Origin: Octopus sinensis
Lineage: Eukaryota
Length of the DNA: 64,000 nucleotides
Direction of reading: 5' to 3'
NCBI RefSeq assembly: GCF_006345805.1
Contig: NC_043022.1
Location: 16,430,001 to 16,494,000, forward strand
This document shows positions 37,500 through 52,150 of this stretch, one piece after another. Within the stretch, counting starts at the first letter, position 1. Each line of letters begins with the position of its first letter. The translations under genes and the position numbers were made by a program. The notes under the pieces were generated by a model that ran no database searches, was not told the origin of the DNA, and saw nothing but the letters and a program-made list of their open reading frames with translations.

Positions 37500-37860
37500 G
37501 ATTTCCATCATCACCACCACCACCACCACCACCACCATCATCAATATCAACATCACTCTCACCACCACCACCACCACCACTATCAACACCATCATAATCA
37601 CTGTCCTCACCACCACCACCACCACCACCACCATTCCATATCACCACCACCTCCCTCATCATCATCAACACCATCAGCATCATCATTATTCTTGTCACCC
37701 CCACCACCACCACCACACCACCACCCACCACCACCACCACCATCTTCAATATCAGCATCACTCTCACCACCACCACCACCACCACCACTATCAACACCAT
37801 CACAATCACTATCATCACCACCACCACCACCACCACCACCACCACCAACACCACGATTGT
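37500..37860. repeat. (CAC/CAT)n compound repeat with an internally duplicated unit
   Basis: tcaatatca.catcactctcaccacc...actatcaacaccatca.aatcact occurs twice. Confidence 0.85.
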
Positions 37861-38126
37861 TGTTGACATCTCTGGTAATTCTCTGCTTGTTATGACATTT
37901 GTCTGCTTGAGTGTTACTTTTAAACAATCGTAACTAAGGAACGAAACTGAAGACAGAATTGAAATTTTTACCACAAAGAAGTGAGATGTTGTGAGGATGG
38001 ATATAAATTTAGACATCAGAATCGAAACAGATTAAGCACTTCTAAAACACGGAAATTTCTTGGTTCCTCCTCTCTGTTATTATTGGAAATGATCAGTGGT
38101 AGAGTATGGAAATGAAGGCCCTACAG

Positions 38127-38836
38127 CAAGGGTCTCCAGCTACCAGGCCACAGTACTGAGCCAGGAATCATTTGGGACCAGGCCACACAAAAGGAATAAA
38201 TTTTAAAATTCATTTCTATTTTATCGACCACCACAGTTTGAAGGGTGCTTGTACATTATAGATGTATTATAGATGTCAAAAGTGGTGAGATGGCAGAATG
38301 GTTAGCATGCCAGGCAAAATGCTTAGCAGCATTTCATCTGTCTTTGTGTTCTGAGTTCAAATTCCATAAAGGTCAACTTTACTTTTCATCCTTTTGGAGT
38401 TCATCATCATCATCATCATCGCTTAACGTCCATTCTCCATGCTAGCATGGGTTGGACGGTTCCACCGGGGATCTGGGAAGCCAGAAGGCTGCACCAGGCT
38501 CCGGTCTTATCTGGCAATGTTTCTACAGCTGGATGCCCTTCCTAACGCCAACCACTCCGTGAGTGTAGTGGGTGCTTTTTACGTGCCAGATAAAATAAAT
38601 ACCGGTCAAGCCCTGGGGTTGATGTAATCAACTCACCTCCTCCTCCCCACCTTGAAATTGCTGCCCTTTTGCCAACCAAAATTTGAAACCATTATGCGTG
38701 TAAAATATATGTAATAATTAAATTATATATAATGCATTTTATTGTGTTTTGTTATGCGTTTCATCCTCCAGTCTCTGGAAAAATTGTCTTCCATGAAACC
38801 AGTCCATGGTGCAAACAAAGATAAGGGCCATTATTA
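38127..38836. mobile_element. hAT (Charlie/MER1-like) MITE containing a Meta SINE (about 38280-38692), itself interrupted by an RTE 3' end (38401-38588)
   Basis: Left end caagggtctccagc...; right end ggaaaaattgtcttccatgaaaccagtccatggtgc... TSD-like ccctacag / cccaacag. Confidence 0.6.
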
Positions 38837-39124
38837 CCCCAACAGCATTTAGTTTTGTTGTTCTGGTTTTAATTCTAATCTGTTCAGGGTCAGATTTTGT
38901 ATTTCATCCGGTCAGATTTGATAAACTAAAAAAGGGTAACATGTTTGGATTGAGGCAGTTGACTCCATTCCTTTCTTTCAATGACTGTCTTCAGACGTAG
39001 ACTAAAGACCATTAATAGAAAATAGCCTTAGAATTTAAGGCATCCATACTTGGGTTTTGGGTTTGTTTTGTTCCAACCCTCATCAATGAATTAAAATAGT
39101 GGGACTGAGTTAATCATGTATAAC

Positions 39125-39510
39125 CACATCATCATCATCATCGTTTTAATGTCCACCTTTTCATGGTTGCATGGGTGGGATAGGATGTGTTAAGGCAGAT
39201 TTTCTATGGCTGGATGCCCTTCCTGCCATCAACCCTTATTTATTTCCATTTTCAAGTAAGGCAATATTTCGCTGTGGCCAGAGGATTCCACAAGCTTAGA
39301 AACAAATGACATTAATTTATAGCAATCATGTGATGTATGCCCCCCCCCCCGCTCCCCACAGACAAATGATGGGCTTCTTTCTGTTTTCATCTATCAAATC
39401 CACTTCTAGGGCTTTGTTCTGCTTGAGGCTTTAGTATAAAATACTTGCCCAAGGTTCCATGTAGTGGGACTGAATGAGAATTATGTGGTTGGGAAACAAC
39501 CTTCTTTTAA
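39125..39510 (-). mobile_element. Hybrid SINE: family A head with RTE-type tail
   Basis: (CAT)n tail and ggatgcccttcc motif, then cttgcccaagg...gtgggactgaa head. Confidence 0.6.
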
Positions 39511-40146
39511 CTACACTACAATTCACAACAAAGCTGTTTTATGCTTCTGCAGTAATGGAAACAGCTCAGACAGTTTGATGCTTTCCTGGGACAAACTCTA
39601 CAATCTACTATTTAACATTGAATAAAATACTAGCAATATATGGTGGTGGTGGTTTTTATGAAATCTACCTCACTCTTATAAAAGTTTGATCTTGCTTCCT
39701 TGTCAAAAGAAATCAGTTATTGTTCACATTCAATCATAAAAACAAGCAAAGCCAGTGTCGAAAAACCAGACATTAAAATAATAATGATAAACTATTGTAT
39801 GTTTCTATTGTATGGAAAGACCAAGATAGCTTCCTGTACTCTAGCTTTACGGGCGGTGGGGGAGGTGGGGGTGGGGGTAGTTCGGAGCAGCATTAAGCTG
39901 TTTGTGTAGTTTTTTTTTCCCATTTTGTACGTCTGTTCACAGTTTTATTGTAATTCCAGCCTCATACAGATGAAACCTTCTGTGTGTTTAACAATACTGT
40001 TCTGCCTTTATATTTATTCGGAGCTGGGCAAATCCAACTGCATTGTCCGTCTCTACATTTGTGCCTGTCTTTAATTTGCTTCAGTTTAATAATTATAAAT
40101 ATTTACTCTGTAGTTACTTTGAAGAGATATTTGTATCTCTACTAAG

Positions 40147-40470
40147 ATGCGGGGCTGGCAGGTACATCATGAGATGGCTGAAGTGGGCTGCTGGAGTTTT
40201 GTGGGGCATTCGTTCTGCAAAGCTCTGACTGAGCTTGGAATTACTGCTGCACCCAAGTGGGGGGGTGGGGATTAGAAATTTCATTGCTGGTGCTGTAGAG
40301 AAGGCTTTGGATAAAAGGGGCAGACCAGTAGCTTGCTGTTATTGGGTTACTGGCTGGGACTCGATCAGCGCCAGCTGGGTCAACTGAGTAAGGGGTCTGA
40401 TGTTGAAAGACCCAGAACACTGTGAGACCCCAGAAACATGACTGATAATACATTCCAGAGCATCCACAAC
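40147..40470 (+). mobile_element. Decayed HERO-like RLE non-LTR retrotransposon 3' end
   Basis: Translation MRGWQVHHEMAEVGCWSFVGHSFCKALTELGITAAPK...AVEKA.LWIK resembles the RLE motif GW..EVGCRGF and the HERO C-terminus. 3' UTR ctgggtca...ctgatgttgaaagaccc. Confidence 0.7.
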
Positions 40471-43089
40471 ATGCATCTTGAAACTAAAAACAAGGAATGC
40501 AGGGAGACAGTGTCCCTTTTTTGCTTCAAGATTCTTTACATTGACATCTGGTCATTTTACTTCTATTTCTAAGTCTTCATACATAGCTAGGTGATATGCT
40601 ATTACGGCCCCAGTATTTTCAGATTTAGTTATGTTTAGAGATAAAAATCTGTTTCAGAAACTGAAGCTGATTATCAAAGGAAAATGTATTTTATATTATT
40701 GTGTATAGTCTTCTTCAAAGTCTGTTTGGAAACAATTTCACTCTTCTGTGTAAATTTAGGTCAGAATTAACTGATTTTTAAAAAAAATTCTACCTGAAAC
40801 TTGTGCACATTGATAAATTTGTGTAAAGGTTACAGTCATAAGTCATCAATGAGAGACCAGATAAGACTTGGCTGTGTGTGTATTTAACTATAAATCTATA
40901 TGTATATTTATATGCACAGTTTACATTAGTGTGTGTGTGTGTGTGTGTGTATTCTTTTAATAGAATTTGTTAACTTTCTGGAAGCCAAGGTTTTCATGCT
41001 GATAAAAATCATCAGTTTTTCAATCAGGATTCAAATAACAGATGACATTCCACCATTAAAGATGACATTTCAAAAACATTGACATAAATTCTATTTATAA
41101 GAATTATTTACCCGTCTCCCAGTGTTGAGCACTCATTTAGTCAGCCAGGGTGTGTGTGAGTGTGTGCAATTTCCTAATCTATTAAAACCTATAGTTTTCT
41201 TTCTGTCTCTTGTAAATGCTGTCTTAATTTATCGCTAATACTTCAGTTTTTTTTTCCTGTCAGGTGATTTATTCTGTTTCAGTCAATATTTTCTAAAGAT
41301 TATTTATACCCGCAATTGAATATTAGAAATATATTCATTGTCGTTGTTTAAAAGCCTTGATGAGCTTTTAATTCCAGCCATGGCAGCTCCTTTTTAGGGT
41401 TATCTCCCTATATTATCCATGGTATCCTTTTCTTGTTTTTAAAGACAGTTGTGTGAGATTTGAAGGAAATCTTGCTGTTATTTGTAGCTGATCAAGTGAC
41501 GATGTAGAGACTTCTTGCCTGCTCATCAGTTATGTTGCTATTGCTGTTTAGCCCCAGGCCAACCCTCACTGAGCGAACCGATGTTCATTGCTCTTCTGGC
41601 TTTTTAAGGATATCAACAACTACATTATCCTATGTTTTTCTTTTTTCTATAGCACAGTGGAATTATCTAAAGTTTCGTTGCTATTTCTAGCAGGTTGTAA
41701 GACAATGTAGAGACTTGCTTCTTGGCTTAGAGACACACAGTCATATAGCATATTATGTAGTCAGGGTTAAAATCCCAGCTGTGTCCTCTTGAAGCACATC
41801 TGTTTATTCTAGAATTCCAAATCCGTGTGTAGATGCTATATTTGTGTGAGGTAAGCATAAGAGTTGAACATTCTGGGAAATATTTTTTGATGAGTAATTA
41901 TATACCAAAACAGGAGATTGGAAAAAATTTTTGGTATTGTTTGTTTCCCATTACACGTGTTTCATTTGCTAATAGGAATTACAAAATTGTACATGTATAA
42001 GAAACATGTAATAAATCTCTTATTAGAAAATCCATCGGACAGAATCAAATAATATCATGGTATTATTAGATTCTCTGTCTGAAGAAATTCTCATAGATTT
42101 ATTACATGTTTCTCTTACATGTACACACACTCACACACACATGCACTCACACATACACACATATGCACATGCATGCACACACACACAATCGCATGCACCT
42201 GCACGTACACACACACACACACACCTTGTTGCGTAATATATGGATTCATAGAATCATGTGGCTATCATGGCTAGCATGCATATTAATGCAGGCATGTAAA
42301 ATAATTTATTTTACACTGAAATTATTGTTACATGATGAAAGCTGTTAAACAGCTGTTATTCTAAGGATATATATATATTCTTTTACTTGTTTCAGTCATT
42401 TGATTGTGGCCATGCTGGAGCACTGCCTTTAGTAGAACAATTCAACCCCAGGACTTATTCTTTGTAAGCTTAGTATTTATTCTATTGGTCTCTTTTCCCG
42501 AACCGCTAAGTTACGGGTATGTAAACACACCAACATTGGTTGTCAAGCAATATATATATATATATATAAATGTTTATATATATATATGTATAAATGTTTA
42601 TATATATATATATATAAATGTGTGTGAAACATCTGAAAGAAACAAGAATATTCACCAGGTAGTGTTAAAGAAAATACTGTTGGCATGTGTAGGAAGCAGC
42701 ATCCTGGAGTTAGAAGATGTGGTTTAATTGTAATTCTTGTCCAATCACTCACCCAGTCTCACCCATCACAAGTGCAACATGTTTATACACAGATACTCGT
42801 ACAAAAAAACCCCAATTTCTGAACAAACTGGAATCAGGGGAAAGAAAACAGCCAGAGCTTTATTGTTTGTTTCTGTGAACCTGTGAATGCTGGAGACTAG
42901 CATGTTTGTACAGTAATTACAGAGAACGATGTAAGACACACATATTAAAATAAATATCTTTTTCAATAGCAATATGTATAAACATCATATTTCTCTTTAC
43001 TGAAGTGAAATATAACTATGTGGCTTTCCAACTGCTATAAACATATATACATATGTATGTTTGTATAGGTGTGTATGTATGTGTGCGTA

Positions 43090-43460
<371 letters not shown>

Positions 43461-44336
43461 ACATATGTTTGTATATATAACAAGACTAACACAGACAAAC
43501 ATGAGTGTGTATACATCTGCTTATGCCCAAGAAAAAAACTGTTGCTACATTTACAAGTGATTGTGAACACGTGCCTGTTAATAATTATAAACATTTAGTA
43601 GAATATTGTCAAACAAACCTATATATTCATATACACACACTGAGATAAAACAGTAGAGGAATATAGCAGATTAATGCTTTAGATTTATGCATGGTGGTGG
43701 TGGTGGTGGTGGTGGTGGTGGGGGAAGTATTTATATCGGCCTAAAAAAAAAGTGGATTTGCTGTGTGTTTGTGTGTGTGTGTGTGTGAGTGTGTATGTAT
43801 ATGTATATACAAAATATATAGCAAATCCACTTTCTGTTTATAAACATAAATCCATATACACATTAGCACTCACATGCACTTATACACACAGACACACACA
43901 CATAGGCACAGAGATGTGTGTGTGGGTGCATCTATTTGCATGAATATGTGTATGTATACATGAATAATATATATATATATATACACACATAGGTATGCAT
44001 GCAAATCTAATGTGTATGGTTTTGTGTGTGCATATATTTTGTTGTGCATGTGTACACAAATTTATGCACACACACACACATGCACACATACATACACACA
44101 CACGTGCACACACACACACACACACAGACGCATATGTACAGAGAGAATGCAGAGTAGGTGAAGCAAAGAGTGTGTGAAAGAGGCCATAGAAATGAAGTTT
44201 GAGTGAGTGGGAGGACACAGTTGAAGGGAGCAGAATCGACAAACATTTCTGAATGGGACAAGGAATGTTTTTGTGAAAGGACTCTTTGGAGGAGTCATTG
44301 ATGGAAAACATGTTATTGGTTCCATATCTTCAGTTA

Positions 44337-44514
44337 TGTTCAATCAAATTCAATGTTTTCCTCCTCCTTCTCCCCCCTCTCTCTCTCTGTCTCTTTCTGT
44401 CTGTCTGTCTGTCTCTCTCTCTCTGATTCATTTTGTATTGCTGCTCACTTATATTTACCTTGTTCAATCAAATTCAATATTTTCCTCCTCCTTCTCTCCC
44501 CCCCTCTCTCTTTT

Positions 44515-44546
<32 letters not shown>

Positions 44547-44606
44547 CCCCTCTCTCTCTCTCTCTCTGATTCATTTTGTATTGCTGCTCACTTTTATTTA
44601 CCTTGC
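44337..44606. repeat. Local tandem duplication (~125-145-bp unit with internal (CT)n)
   Basis: ttcaatcaaattcaat...ctgattcattttgtattgctgctcactt.tatttaccttg occurs twice. Confidence 0.9.
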
Positions 44607-44827
44607 AACATTCTGCTTATCTTCATTTGTCATAGTATACAAGTCAAAGGCTGTTTTATAGTTTCCTGTTAATTCTTCTTTTAAAATTGCAATTCAGTCG
44701 AACCACACACACACACACACACACACACATGTTTAGTTAGCCATTCGTTCACGCAGCCTGTCTATATATATGTAGGCATGCATGCATGTCTGTGCGTTCA
44801 CGCCTTTGCTTAATAGATTCCAGATAA

Positions 44828-45210
44828 GCACAAGCATGCCTGTGTGGTTGAGGAACTTGCTCTTCTAACCATGTGGCCCTGGTTTCAGTCCCACTGTGTG
44901 GCCCCTTAGGCAAGTATCTTCGACTATAGCACCAGACCAACCAAAGTCTTGTGAGTGAATTTTGTCAGTGGAAACTAAAAGAAGCCCATCATATATATGT
45001 GTGTGTATGTCGTTTGTCCCCCATCAGTGCTTGACAGTGTTAGTCTATGTTCCTGTAACTTAGCAGTTTGACAAAAGGGATTGATGGAATAAGTACCAGG
45101 CTTAAAACAGAAAAGGTACTGCGGTTGATTTGTTTGATTTAAGCCCTTCAAGACAATGCTCCAGCATGGCCGCAGTCCAATGACTGAAACAAGTAAAAGC
45201 AAAAAGATAA
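44828..45210 (+). mobile_element. Family A SINE
   Basis: Head-to-tail homology with other family A copies. Confidence 0.8.
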
Positions 45211-45477
45211 GGAAGCCAACAGAAAGGGAAGGAGGGATGTTTGGGTAGGTCGTATTACAGTGAAGGAAAGGTTCTACCAAACACCCTGGTATTTCTTGAG
45301 ATAGACTAGGGCTCTTCTCAAATAGCTGATGATCAAATTTCATCCCCTTACGTCCCATACTTTCCAATGTTGAAGTTTCTCTCTCTCTCGTTATCTTTTT
45401 AATAGGCTTTCTACTATTGTTACTTAATTATCTTGTTTGTTTCTTTCATCTCTTCTTTTTATGGTGTTTATTACATT

Positions 45478-45885
45478 CCTTCTTCTTCTTCTTCTCTTCT
45501 TCTTCTTCTTCTCCTCCTTCTTCTTCTTCTCCTCCTCCTCCTCCTTCTTCTTCTTCTTCTCTTCTTCTTCTTCTTCTCCTTCTTCTTCTTCTTCTTCTTC
45601 TTCTTCTTTGTCTTCTTCTTCTTCTTTGTCTTCTTCTTCTTCTTCTTCTTCTTCTTCGTCTTCTCCTCCTCCTTCTTCTTCTCCTCCTCCTCCTCCTTCT
45701 TCTTCTTCTCCTTCTTCTTCTTCTTCTTCTTCTTCTTCTTCTTCTTCTTCTTCTTCTTCTTCTTCTTCTTTGTCTTCTTCTTCTTCTTTGTCTTCTTCTT
45801 CTTCTACCTTCTTCTCCTCCTCCTCCTCCTTCTCCTCCTTCTCCTTCTCCTCTTCCTCCTTCTTCATCCTTCTTCTTCTTCTTCA
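45478..45885. repeat. (TTC/CTC)n polypyrimidine microsatellite
   Basis: Direct reading. Confidence 0.95.
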
Positions 45886-46370
45886 CTTTCTATGGCATGA
45901 CATGGATGTAATTTCATTTTTGTAATTCATTTCAATGTTCTAAATAACATTAAACTGGGCCCTTTTTCTTTTGATGTTATAGCAACGAACAGGACTCTTA
46001 ACCCATAACTTTGCTGTGTTTGTATACATATATAATACACACACACACACACACACACACATAGATCACTCATATATGTGTGTGTATGCATGTGTGTGTG
46101 TGTGCATCCATCTCCTTTAAGAGTATATTTCTAAAGCTTTACTCTCTGACGATCTTCAGGTTATAACCCTTTGAGGGAACATAATGATCTAACAAAGAGT
46201 GTGTTACATAATATCTGTGCATGTCTGTCTGTGTGTCTGTGCACGAAAGCAGTGACTGGATGGAGTTGATGTGAAGATAGGGAAATAGGAGTGCTGGCTG
46301 AGTTACTGCCTTTAGAAGAATATGGTAAATACTTAGCGACTGCTGGAGTTGCTGTCTTTACAGTTCAGTT

Positions 46371-46668
46371 TCATCATCATCATCATCGTTTAACGTCCGT
46401 TTTCCGCGCTAACACGGGTTGGACGGTTTGACCGGGGTCTGGAAAGCCAGGGGCTGCACCAGGCTCCAGTCTGATCTGGCAGAGTTTCTACAGCTGGATG
46501 CCCTTCCTAACGCCAACCACTCCGCGAATGTAGTGGGTGCTTTTTACGTGCCACCTGCACAGGTGCCAGGGAGGTCCGGCATCGGCCACGATCGGTTGGA
46601 GCTTTTAACGTGCCACCGGCACAGAAGCCAGCCAACGGCCACGTTCGGATGGTGCTTTTTATGTGCCC
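46371..46668 (-). mobile_element. RTE LINE 3' end (family C), young copy
   Basis: (CAT)n tail, CpG-rich, three gcttttt..gtgcc subrepeats. Confidence 0.8.
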
Positions 46669-46776
46669 TCTACACTAAACTCAGTCTTCCATCAGCTGGA
46701 GGCAGGTTATGCACATCATTAACGGGGACACTGTGGCCCCTCCTGCATCTGTTTTAGATCTATCCCAACCCAACCT

Positions 46777-47030
46777 GAAGGATACACATTTGCTATTCAG
46801 GAAATGGAGATAGTTATTGAACGTTTGGTTAATAAACGAGGTAAGGATCCTTCTCAAACTCCATGTGATAGGGAATGCCATTTGGGCCCTGGCTGTAGGG
46901 AAGATATCACTTGCTTCATCAGTAATTGTCCAGAAATGCCCCTTAGATAGGACCCTTCCATGAGACATGATATTGTTGCTTACAACATTTACGATGTTAT
47001 TCATTGGAAGAGTTGTTCTAATGATCTTAT
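46777..47030 (+). mobile_element. Decayed R4/Dong-like RLE non-LTR fragment (zinc-knuckle region)
   Basis: EGYTFAIQEMEIVIERLVNKRGKDPSQTPCDRECHLGPGCREDITCFISNCPEMPLR*DPSMRHDIVAYNIY matches the EG..FAIQ(D/E)...CR.C...E...HI.S.C......RHD.VA pattern of R4-clade elements. Confidence 0.7.
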
Positions 47031-47420
47031 GAAAGCGACATCAGAGCCAGAATAATATCCACACTTTTAGAAATATGGAATATTGGTGAAATATTTTAAT
47101 AAAAGAAAACAAACAAGAATCTGGTGCAATCAGGACAGAGCTTGTCTTGTTCTGTGGGACATGGCAGTGAGTGATGCACTGTTGTAGAGGTTGTTATCTG
47201 CCTGGTGGATGTGAATGGCTAGGATGTAGGGTGAACAAACAGGGAAGTTTTGTATCCAAATTAAGGATTTTCATTTGTAGCTATTATCCTAATGGTGTGT
47301 GGTTATGTGATGACAGATTTGATAAAAATCTAAAAATGCTTGGGTTTTCCAAAGAAGAACAAATCAAACTGACTCACATCCACCAGATGGATAATTCCAG
47401 AATGACAAGATCAACCCAAA

Positions 47421-47475
<55 letters not shown>

Positions 47476-47753
47476 CCTCTTCAATGCTTAGTTGTTTATT
47501 GGTACTTGGCTGCTTTTAAGCTTAGTTCTTTTGTCAGCCATGATGTTTTCCTTTTGGGAAAGGCGCAAAACTCTGTCTGACCTCAGGATCCCTTTTTGCT
47601 CTTCATGGTTACATAACCACATAACCCAGAAGTGACCACTCCCTTCTAGCAATCCTGCACAGTGTGATAGGATCTGTCAAAACAATTCCATTCAGCCTAG
47701 CATGAATAAAATGGATTTAAGCATTGTATATGTGTGTGTGGATATATATGCAC

Positions 47754-47784
<31 letters not shown>

Positions 47785-48559
47785 TTCTAGAATGAAATGT
47801 TGGAATGTTCGATATAAACTGGTTAGGGTTAGTAGGGCTATTGACTCATCCATGATATGCTAATGATGCACTTGGCTGTGGATTGCTGCAGTTCTTGGAG
47901 CAAAATGCAGATAAGCAAATCTATCTATTTCTGTCTCATCAGATGTTATATATTTTTAATTGGCTAATTTCAATGGAAAACTGGTCAATACACACATAAA
48001 CGGTATTGGTGTTTGCAGATTAGAATATTCTTCTTCCAATTATTGCCTCTCGTAGTTGAACCTGTTTCAAATCATAATTACCACCACCACCACCACCACC
48101 ACCACCATCACCATCATCATTTGCCCATCCATCTATCAACTCATCTTTTGTTCATTCTGTTTCCACTTCGTTTTGGATCCTTTGATCCCAGGGTCTTGTA
48201 TTTAGGAAACATGTTTTGTTTTTATGAAGTGTAAGGTGGTCAGCTGGCAGAACCGTTAGCAAGCTGGACAAATTGCTTGGCACCATTTTCTCCATCTTTA
48301 TGCTCTGTGTTCAAATTCTGCTGGGCCAACTTCCCCCCCCCCTCCACAACTTCAGGTCTTGTGCCTGTATTAGAAAGGGTGTTTGTATTTTAGTCCTTTC
48401 TTTCCATTCATGCTTTTTGAAGGGGTTTATGAACAAAAAAAAAACACAGTTAATTAATTCCACCCCAGTATATAACTGTTGTTTGCGTCATAACCCTGGT
48501 GGGAATTTTAAACTGCATTTTATATTGTGTACATCCTCTACTATATCTTTTCTTTATTA

Positions 48560-48970
48560 TCCTTTTACTTGTTTCAATCATTAAACTGCAGCCATGCTGG
48601 AGCACTGCCTTGAAGAATTCTTGTTGAACAAACCAACCCCAGGGCTAATTTCTTTCTTTCCAAGCCTGAGAGTTAATTTGTTGGTCTCTTTCTGCTGGAC
48701 TGCTAAGTTACAGGGACATAAACACACCAACACCCATTGTCAAGCAGTAGTGAAGGACAAACACAGACACAAAGACACACACACACACACACATATATGT
48801 ATACAACAGGCTTCTTTCAATTTCCATTTATCAAATCCACTGTCAAGGCTTTGGATGGCCTGAGGTTATAGTAGAAGACACTTGCCTAAGGTGCCATACA
48901 ATGGGACTGAACTCAGAACCATGAGGTTGGCAAGCAAACTTCTTACCACACAGTCACACCTGTGCCTATA
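48560..48970 (-). mobile_element. Family A SINE
   Basis: Reverse-complement homology with 3496-3890. Confidence 0.85.
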
Positions 48971-50092
48971 GACACAGGTGTTTACAATTGCTCAAGAATC
49001 CAGTTTCCTCTGCCTAATTTACCAAGGCTAACATTTCAAGCTGGAATGAGAACATCCTTGAATCACCAAAATATTAGTCTCACACACAGGTAATTAACAA
49101 TCTGTTTAATAATTAACAGGTGAGCACTAATTATGTCAATTTATTGTTTTGCTAGAATTTAAAGACAATAAAGTTAATGAAAAGCCAACGATATTTCACA
49201 AAACACTGTATTCTGATTTAAAAACTTGGCAGCAGAAATGAAATGACGTGACTCTTTAAAATCACAAAACTTGTGAGTGTGCTGAAGGTGTGTTCATCTC
49301 CAGGTGCCTGCAAGTGTTTATGTTTGTCAGGGCTGGGTAGAAACATCCGTGTGATTGTTTGAGGAGTTAGAAATAACAGTCAAATCTCCTTCATAGTGCA
49401 GGCTGTCGTCTTGAAAGAAATATACTGGAAAAAATATTAATCTTGAATATAATATGGCAGCAAAGTTGGGATTGTCGTATTTGGAAAGTCAGTAAAACAA
49501 ATCAAATTCAAAATTGAGAGGAGTGTTTTGCATTGGCCTTGGGATGTTCTGAGATGGTTGAGATGGTATCTTAAAGAGCTGTTTCTGACACACGCACACA
49601 CACACACACAGGATCCAATTCATGACATCATTGGTTAATACCCCCCCTCCGGCCCACAACACCTCATTAACACTTAAAATGGAGATGAAATGTCAAAACA
49701 AGTGATAGAGACGATGATTACTTTTATCTATCTATATCGATAAGTCTTTTATATATAAGCCATTAGCGGAAGACTTTCAACTAAAATGATCTAGAAATAT
49801 ATTTTAATTCAATTCCCTATTTACCACCATCACCATCCTGCTCCACCACCACCATCCTGCTCCTAGGCACAAACACAACAAATGGAATACACCAGAAGAG
49901 TTAACTACCTTATATATATTTATCAGATACTTCATTATAAACTATTTGTCCTTTAAAAGGGAATGTAACACTCCTCTCAAAATGAATGCGATTATTATTA
50001 TCATCATTATTTTTATTATTATTATCATCATTATTATTATTATTATTATTATCATTATTATTATCATTCTTCTTCTTTTTATTATTATTTTT

Positions 50093-50152
<60 letters not shown>

Positions 50153-50803
50153 TGCACTTCTTTTTATGTCATGATTGCTTTTATCTCTTAAAAAAAAAAA
50201 GAAAGCAAGCACACAAACTGTCTCTAGGTTGTGTTTTGTCGCTGGTGCAAAGCCAGTTCACCTCATTATAAAAGTGATGCTAAGTGCAGGCTTGTCTATA
50301 TTATCTTACATTATAACTATTAACCTTCAGAAAGCTTTATTGAAATGCTCAGAACATCATGAAAATTCATTGAATACTTTTTATTATCGTTTTGTAAAAT
50401 AAAAATTCTTTTAAATCTATTAAGTTTCCTTTTCTCCTGTGACTATTCTGATATATTAAAAGTGTAAACTAGATATAGGTTAATTCTTTGTTGCTCCGCT
50501 TCTTTTTGTTGTACAAATACTTTCAACATGATTAGCTTGGTAAGCTGTTATTTATTCACATTTTCTTATAATCTCTCTTTCTATTTCTTTTTCTTCAAAA
50601 AAAAAAATGTATATTTTTCTCTTTAATACGGTTCAGATTTAATTCTTCAAGGCAATTTCCAGCATTTGACTTGATTTCCCCGCCCCCACCCCCATAACTA
50701 TCAATCTTTTCCTTATTTTTATTTTGCATGGTAAAAATTTCAATTAATATTCATAAATAAAATCTTTTAATATTTCAAATTTATTACAAAAAATAACCAA
50801 GTT

Positions 50804-50849
<46 letters not shown>

Positions 50850-50954
50850 TGATTTTTTGTCACTTAACAGTTAATGGTTAAAGATTCATAAAGAAGAATT
50901 TTCAAAGATTTGTGAGAGGCAATGTCTTAACAAGACTAAGTGAAATTCCAAGAA

Positions 50955-50985
<31 letters not shown>

Positions 50986-51749
50986 GTTGTTGTTGTTGAT
51001 ATAGAAGTGAGTGGGATAAGCTTGTTGCTAGGTTTAACTCCAAATTTCTATTGGTTAATAACTAGAGCTCCTAACTGTATAGATGGGTGGGTGGGGGCAG
51101 GGCAGGGCAGATTTCCTTTTTTTTTTCTTTTTCTTTCTGAAGGGCTTTGATAGAATTTGTTGTTTAGAAGAACGTAGAGCAAGATTAAGGACAGGAGTAA
51201 ATGGATCAACAAAAGTCGCATCATATTTTTCAATGAGGCGAATATGAGTTTGAATTACAGAAGCTTAACCTATTGCAGTAAGTTAGGAAAAGCAGAGTGT
51301 GGTGGTGGTGGTGGTGGTGGAGGGGCCTGGGGATAGGGAGAAAGAGTTTAATAATAGGTTGATGGGTTTTTGGTTTTTTTTCAGATTATCTCGTGAAGAA
51401 ATAGGTGCCAATCAGAGTGTTATATTGATATCTCTTTGGTTCTGTCGCTAGCATTAGGTGATATGCTGTTTTAGCTTTAAATCATATTTAAATGAAAAAC
51501 TGAAGTTTATGTCAGATAAGATTGAAATTGAAATTTTTAAATATTTTTCAAAACTCAAAATGAAAATCTCTTGCATAACCAAATTCTTTTTGCTTCCTTG
51601 ATTTTCACTGGAATTTTTAATCCTGGCCAGCAGGGTTTATTGAAATATTGTATTCCATTTGTTAGACTTCTCGGTAAATACTATTCTAGAATTGATGTAA
51701 GGAAGCCAAAATTAATTAATTATAACAAACAGAAAATTATAATTAACCA

Positions 51750-52150
51750 GGCATGTGGTAAGAAGTGCACTTCCCAACCACTTGGTTCTGGGTTCAGTTC
51801 CAATGTGTGATACTTTGGGCAAGTCTCTTCTACTATGGCCCTGAGCCTACCAAAGCCTTATGAGTGGATTTAGCAGATGGAAACTGAAAGAAGCCCATCG
51901 TGTGTGCGTGTGTGTATATGTGTGTGTGTGCATGATAGTTGTAAATGAATGTCACTGTCATCTAAGCAGTGTCGTGTTGTTCGTTTCTAATATTCCATGA
52001 AAACATGTCTGGCCATGGGAGTAGAATCACCTTGCTTGGATTCAGGTGAGGATTAGCCAGAGGAAGGGTATCTGGCTGTAAAAAATTTGCATCAAATAAA
52101 CTCCACCTGACCCTTGCATGTATGAAAAAGGGGACATTAAATGATGGCTA
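51750..52150 (+). mobile_element. Hybrid SINE: family A head and core with RTE-type 3' tail
   Basis: Family A head to gaaagaagcccatcg(TG)n, then an alternative module ending aggaagggtatctggctgt...gacattaaatgatg. Confidence 0.65.

Noticed and set aside
37471-38016. His/Pro- or Gly/Asp-rich ORFs
   Set aside because: A (CAC)n compound repeat with no splice context or domain; a cryptic exon is not supportable from sequence alone.
45417-45925. Poly-Glu/Ser/Arg/Leu ORFs of about 150 aa
   Set aside because: A (TTC)n microsatellite that is open in several frames on both strands.
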